From: Mycoplasma mycoides subsp. capri
Lineage (GTDB): Bacteria > Bacillota_I > Bacilli_A > Mycoplasmatales > Mycoplasmataceae
DNA: 32,000 bases
Direction: 5' to 3'
Assembly: GCF_018389705.1 (NCBI RefSeq)
Contig: NZ_CP065581.1
Location: forward strand, 600,001 to 632,000
Positions 29,557-32,000 of this stretch are shown piece by piece. Every line of letters starts with the position of its first letter. Position 1 is the stretch's first letter. The position numbers and the translations under genes are program-made. The notes beneath the pieces were generated by a model that saw only the letters and a program-made list of their open reading frames with translations, made no database searches and had not been told where the DNA came from.

Positions 29557-30067
29557 ATTTATTTGTTGATTTTAAAAATATTTCCACTTCTTTTAATAAC
29601 TCTTCAAAACTAAAAAGCTTTTTATTAATACTTAGTTGTAAAACTTGTTCTTTTTTAATACTAGTTTTTAATAAATCTAAAAGTTTTAATTTTTGATTTT
29701 CTGTTAAACTAAATAATAAGTTTTTTTCAAGATCATTAAAAAAAGTAATATTTTGTTCTATTAAAAAAGAATCATTAACAAGTAAACCTATTTTTTGAAA
29801 CAAATTAGAAAAATCAATAAAATCTGACTTAATTTCAATTAAATCTTTTTCTGCTAATAACTCTAATTCTTTTTCAATTTCAACACTAGATAAATTTAAA
29901 TAATTAGCTAATAAATTAGGAGTTGTCATTTTTCTAGTTTGATCATTTAAATACATAATCATTAAAATAATTAAAGCTTGATTATCAGTCAAATTTAGTT
30001 TTTTATAATATTCTAATAATAGCTTTTTTTTAGAAATGATTCCTTTTTCTAACATTTTTAAAATCAT
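29540..30067 (-). CDS. DnaD-like replication/primosome protein (N-terminal winged-helix DnaD domain), 175 aa
   Basis: ATG 30067 with AAGGA RBS; the 12 upstream codons of the track ORF overlap the hup terminator. LLEYYKKLNLTDNQALIILMIMYLN...MTTPNLLANYLNLSSVEIEKELELLAEKDLIEI aligns by eye with the B. subtilis DnaD N-terminal domain as I recall it. Confidence 0.5.
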   Translation of the reverse strand: MILKMLEKGIISKKKLLLEYYKKLNLTDNQALIILMIMYLNDQTRKMTTPNLLANYLNLSSVEIEKELELLAEKDLIEIKSDFIDFSNLFQKIGLLVNDSFLIEQNITFFNDLEKNLLFSLTENQKLKLLDLLKTSIKKEQVLQLSINKKLFSFEELLKEVEIFLKSTNKFKQFD

Positions 30068-30087
30068 AAAATTCCTTTTAAGTGCTA

Positions 30088-30113
30088 ATAAAAAGGTTGT
30101 CAAGCAACCTTTT
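30088..30113 (-). terminator. hairpin terminator after hup
   Basis: Minus strand reads AAAGGTTG CTTGA CAACCTTT followed by TTATTAG. Stem 30092-30099 / 30105-30112. Confidence 0.5.
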
Positions 30114-30121
30114 TTAAATTA

Positions 30122-30394
30122 TTACATTAATGATTCTTTAAGTTGTTTTGCTGGTTTAAATCTTGCTGATCTAGAAGCTGGAATAACTATTTTTTCACCA
30201 GTTGATGGGTTAACTCCTTCTCTAGATGCTCTTTCAGAAATAACAAATTTTCCAAATCCGGCAACTGATACTTCTTTTCCATCAATTAAATGTTTTGAAA
30301 TTGTTTGAAAGATTCTATTAACAACTTTTTCTGCATCAACTTTAGAAATATTTTCATTAATAATGATTTCTTCGATTAATTCTTTTTTAGTCAT
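30122..30394 (-). CDS. hup: DNA-binding protein HU
   Basis: Intact 90-aa ORF. Canonical HU sequence (GFGKF..RERAAR-like ...GFGKFVISERASREGVNPSTGEKIVIPA). Confidence 0.95.
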   Translation of the reverse strand: MTKKELIEEIIINENISKVDAEKVVNRIFQTISKHLIDGKEVSVAGFGKFVISERASREGVNPSTGEKIVIPASRSARFKPAKQLKESLM

Positions 30395-30434
30395 ATTAAA
30401 TTATTTCTCTTTTCTACTTTTCAACTTAAACCAG

Positions 30435-31415
30435 TCAAACACCTTTAAATGAATGGTTTAAAAGCGCTATTGGTCTAATGTTATTATATAAAATTTTATA
30501 TAGTGTGTTAATAAATTCATTGCTAATTTCATATTTAATACATAGTAAATAAGCAATTTTTACTACTTTAATTTTATTAATTGTTAGATTATTTTTAACT
30601 AGTGCTTTATTAACATCATTAAGTTTTACAATATCAACACCTAACTTAAAATAAACTGAATCATTAGATAAAATATTTTCTATTAAATTAGCTAAAGTGG
30701 CAAAATTTAAAAATGATTCTAATTTAGCATTATAATTTTTAGCAATTTGATAAATGAAATTAATTATGATTGTAATTAAACTAGCTTTAGCATTATTTCC
30801 AGCATTAAGCTCATTTAAAATACCTAATGAAATATTAATTAAATCTTTAAAATAAACTACTAATTCACATGTAATTAGATCTAATGAAGGATAACTAAAA
30901 AAATATTCATTTGAAAAAATATCTACTAATTGATTGGCTAAGTTTAAATTAGGTGAAACTATCATAGCTGTTGATGGTTTTTTTAAAATAATTTCACTGG
31001 CATTACTAGGTCCATACAAGCTGACATATTCTTTTAATAAATCAGTATTTATAAATTGCTTAATAATAAAATTTGATAATAAGTCTAAATTATTTTCATC
31101 AAATCCATTAACAGTATTTATTAAAATCACAGGTTTTTTTAAATACTTTTTAATTTGATTAATAATTGATTCAACTTGATCATTTAAACAAGCTAAAATT
31201 AAAATTTCAGCATTTTCTAAACTAGCAATTAAATCAGTTGTAGCAATGATTTTATTATTAATTTTTAATTGATTAAAAGTATGATTTAAATTAATATTAT
31301 TAACTATTAATTCATTTTCTGAATAAATGATTATATTATGATGATTATCAGCTAAAACATTACTTAATAAAACACCATAAAAACTAGACCCAATAATAGT
31401 GATATTTTTTTTCAT
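30435..31415 (-). CDS. gpsA: glycerol-3-phosphate dehydrogenase [NAD(P)+]-like protein (divergent GpsA homologue), 326 aa
   Basis: Intact ORF, collinear by eye with GpsA (IIGSSFYGVLLSNVLADN, GPSNASE, FKDLINISLGILNELNAGNNAKASLIT). der-gpsA synteny as in Bacillus. Several hallmark residues are substituted (see findings). Confidence 0.7.
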   Translation of the reverse strand: MKKNITIIGSSFYGVLLSNVLADNHHNIIIYSENELIVNNINLNHTFNQLKINNKIIATTDLIASLENAEILILACLNDQVESIINQIKKYLKKPVILINTVNGFDENNLDLLSNFIIKQFINTDLLKEYVSLYGPSNASEIILKKPSTAMIVSPNLNLANQLVDIFSNEYFFSYPSLDLITCELVVYFKDLINISLGILNELNAGNNAKASLITIIINFIYQIAKNYNAKLESFLNFATLANLIENILSNDSVYFKLGVDIVKLNDVNKALVKNNLTINKIKVVKIAYLLCIKYEISNEFINTLYKILYNNIRPIALLNHSFKGV

Positions 31416-31416
31416 A

Positions 31417-32000
31417 TTATTTTTTCTCTCTAAAAATTAAATTAATTGGAATACTATCAAGAGCAAAACTAAATCTAATTTGATTTTCTAAAAATCTTTT
31501 ATATGAAAAGTGTAAATAATTTGGATTATTACAAAATAAAACAAATGTTGGAATATAAGCTTCAACTTGACTAGCATAATAAATTTTTAATCTATTTCCA
31601 TTAAATTCAGGAGCTGGATTAATTAATTGAGCTTTATTTAATACTTCATTTAAAACATAAGTTTTAATTTTAATATCTAAATTTTGTTTAATTTCATCAA
31701 CTAGATCTAAAATTTTAGTAATTCTAGTTTTATCAAGTGCTGAAATAAAAATAATTTTTGCATAAGAAATATATTTAAAATATGCTCTAATTTTTTCTTC
31801 TTTTTTTAAAATTTCAGTTTCTTTATTTTTAATTAAATCTCATTTATTTACAACAATAATTACAGGTTTTTTTTCATCATAAATTAATCCACCAATATTA
31901 GTATCTTGATCTGTTATTGGTTTTGTTGCATCAATCATTAATAAAACAATATCAGCATTACTAATAGCTGATAATGATCTTAAATAACTATATTTTTCAA
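31417..32000 (-). CDS. der: GTPase Der/EngA, C-terminal part (second G domain G4 and KH-like domain); the 5' part is beyond the window end
   Basis: The frame is open from the window end to TAA 31417-31419, which lies 1 nt before the gpsA ATG. Sequence RSLSAISNADIVLLMIDA..., VVNKWDL (with TGA Trp), and a C-terminal FLENQIRFSF typical of Der. Confidence 0.85.

Noticed and set aside
30068-30103. N-terminal 12 codons (MTTFLLALKRNF) of track ORF 29540..30103.
   Set aside because: They overlap the hup terminator hairpin. An internal ATG at 30067 has a proper AAGGA RBS.
1-32000. Searched for mobile elements, integrases/transposases, inverted terminal repeats, CRISPR arrays, toxin-antitoxin pairs and restriction-modification or other defence modules.
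   Set aside because: There are no regularly spaced direct repeats with unique spacers and no transposase- or integrase-like ORF. No small overlapping two-gene cassette has toxin-like features. The tRNA has no adjacent integrase or duplicated 3' half.

Overview
This window looks like an AT-rich (about a quarter GC by eye) Mollicutes chromosome segment. Gene content and order resemble the Mycoplasma mycoides/capricolum (Spiroplasma-clade) type. The main interpretive point is that TGA encodes Trp (genetic code 4). Most fragmented ORFs in the supplied standard-code track (obg, recA, rbgA, trmD, rimM, rny, both ABC genes, nadE, nadD and others) join into single full-length conserved proteins when in-frame TGA is read through. 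I re-derived all boundaries by hand under code 4. I call about 36 protein genes, one tRNA-Arg(UCU) and an RNase P RNA (rnpB). These two RNAs are the only GC-richer islands. All genes are on the minus strand except a two-gene sulfur-related operon and recU. Core content: dNK, mtnN, a nadD-yqeK fusion, nadE, obg, an ABC half-transporter pair, rnhB, rbgA, rplS, trmD, rimM, rpsP, rlmH, ffh, rny, recA, a cinA C-terminal domain, recU, a dnaD-like gene, hup, a gpsA-like gene and der. Accessory content: two tandem lipoprotein paralogues at the left edge; two tandem DUF285/BspA-like repeat lipoproteins; a YeeE/YedE permease plus a degenerate CoADR-rhodanese flavoprotein operon; and three uncharacterised genes (535 aa, 249 aa, 104-aa zinc ribbon) around the tRNA. 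I see no IS element, prophage, CRISPR array or recognisable defence or toxin module. The best candidates for something undescribed are the YeeE/CoADR-Rhd module with eroded redox motifs, the orphan genes flanking tRNA-Arg, and the eroded GpsA-like protein. None is proven from sequence alone. All homology statements come from by-eye motif recognition, not database searches.
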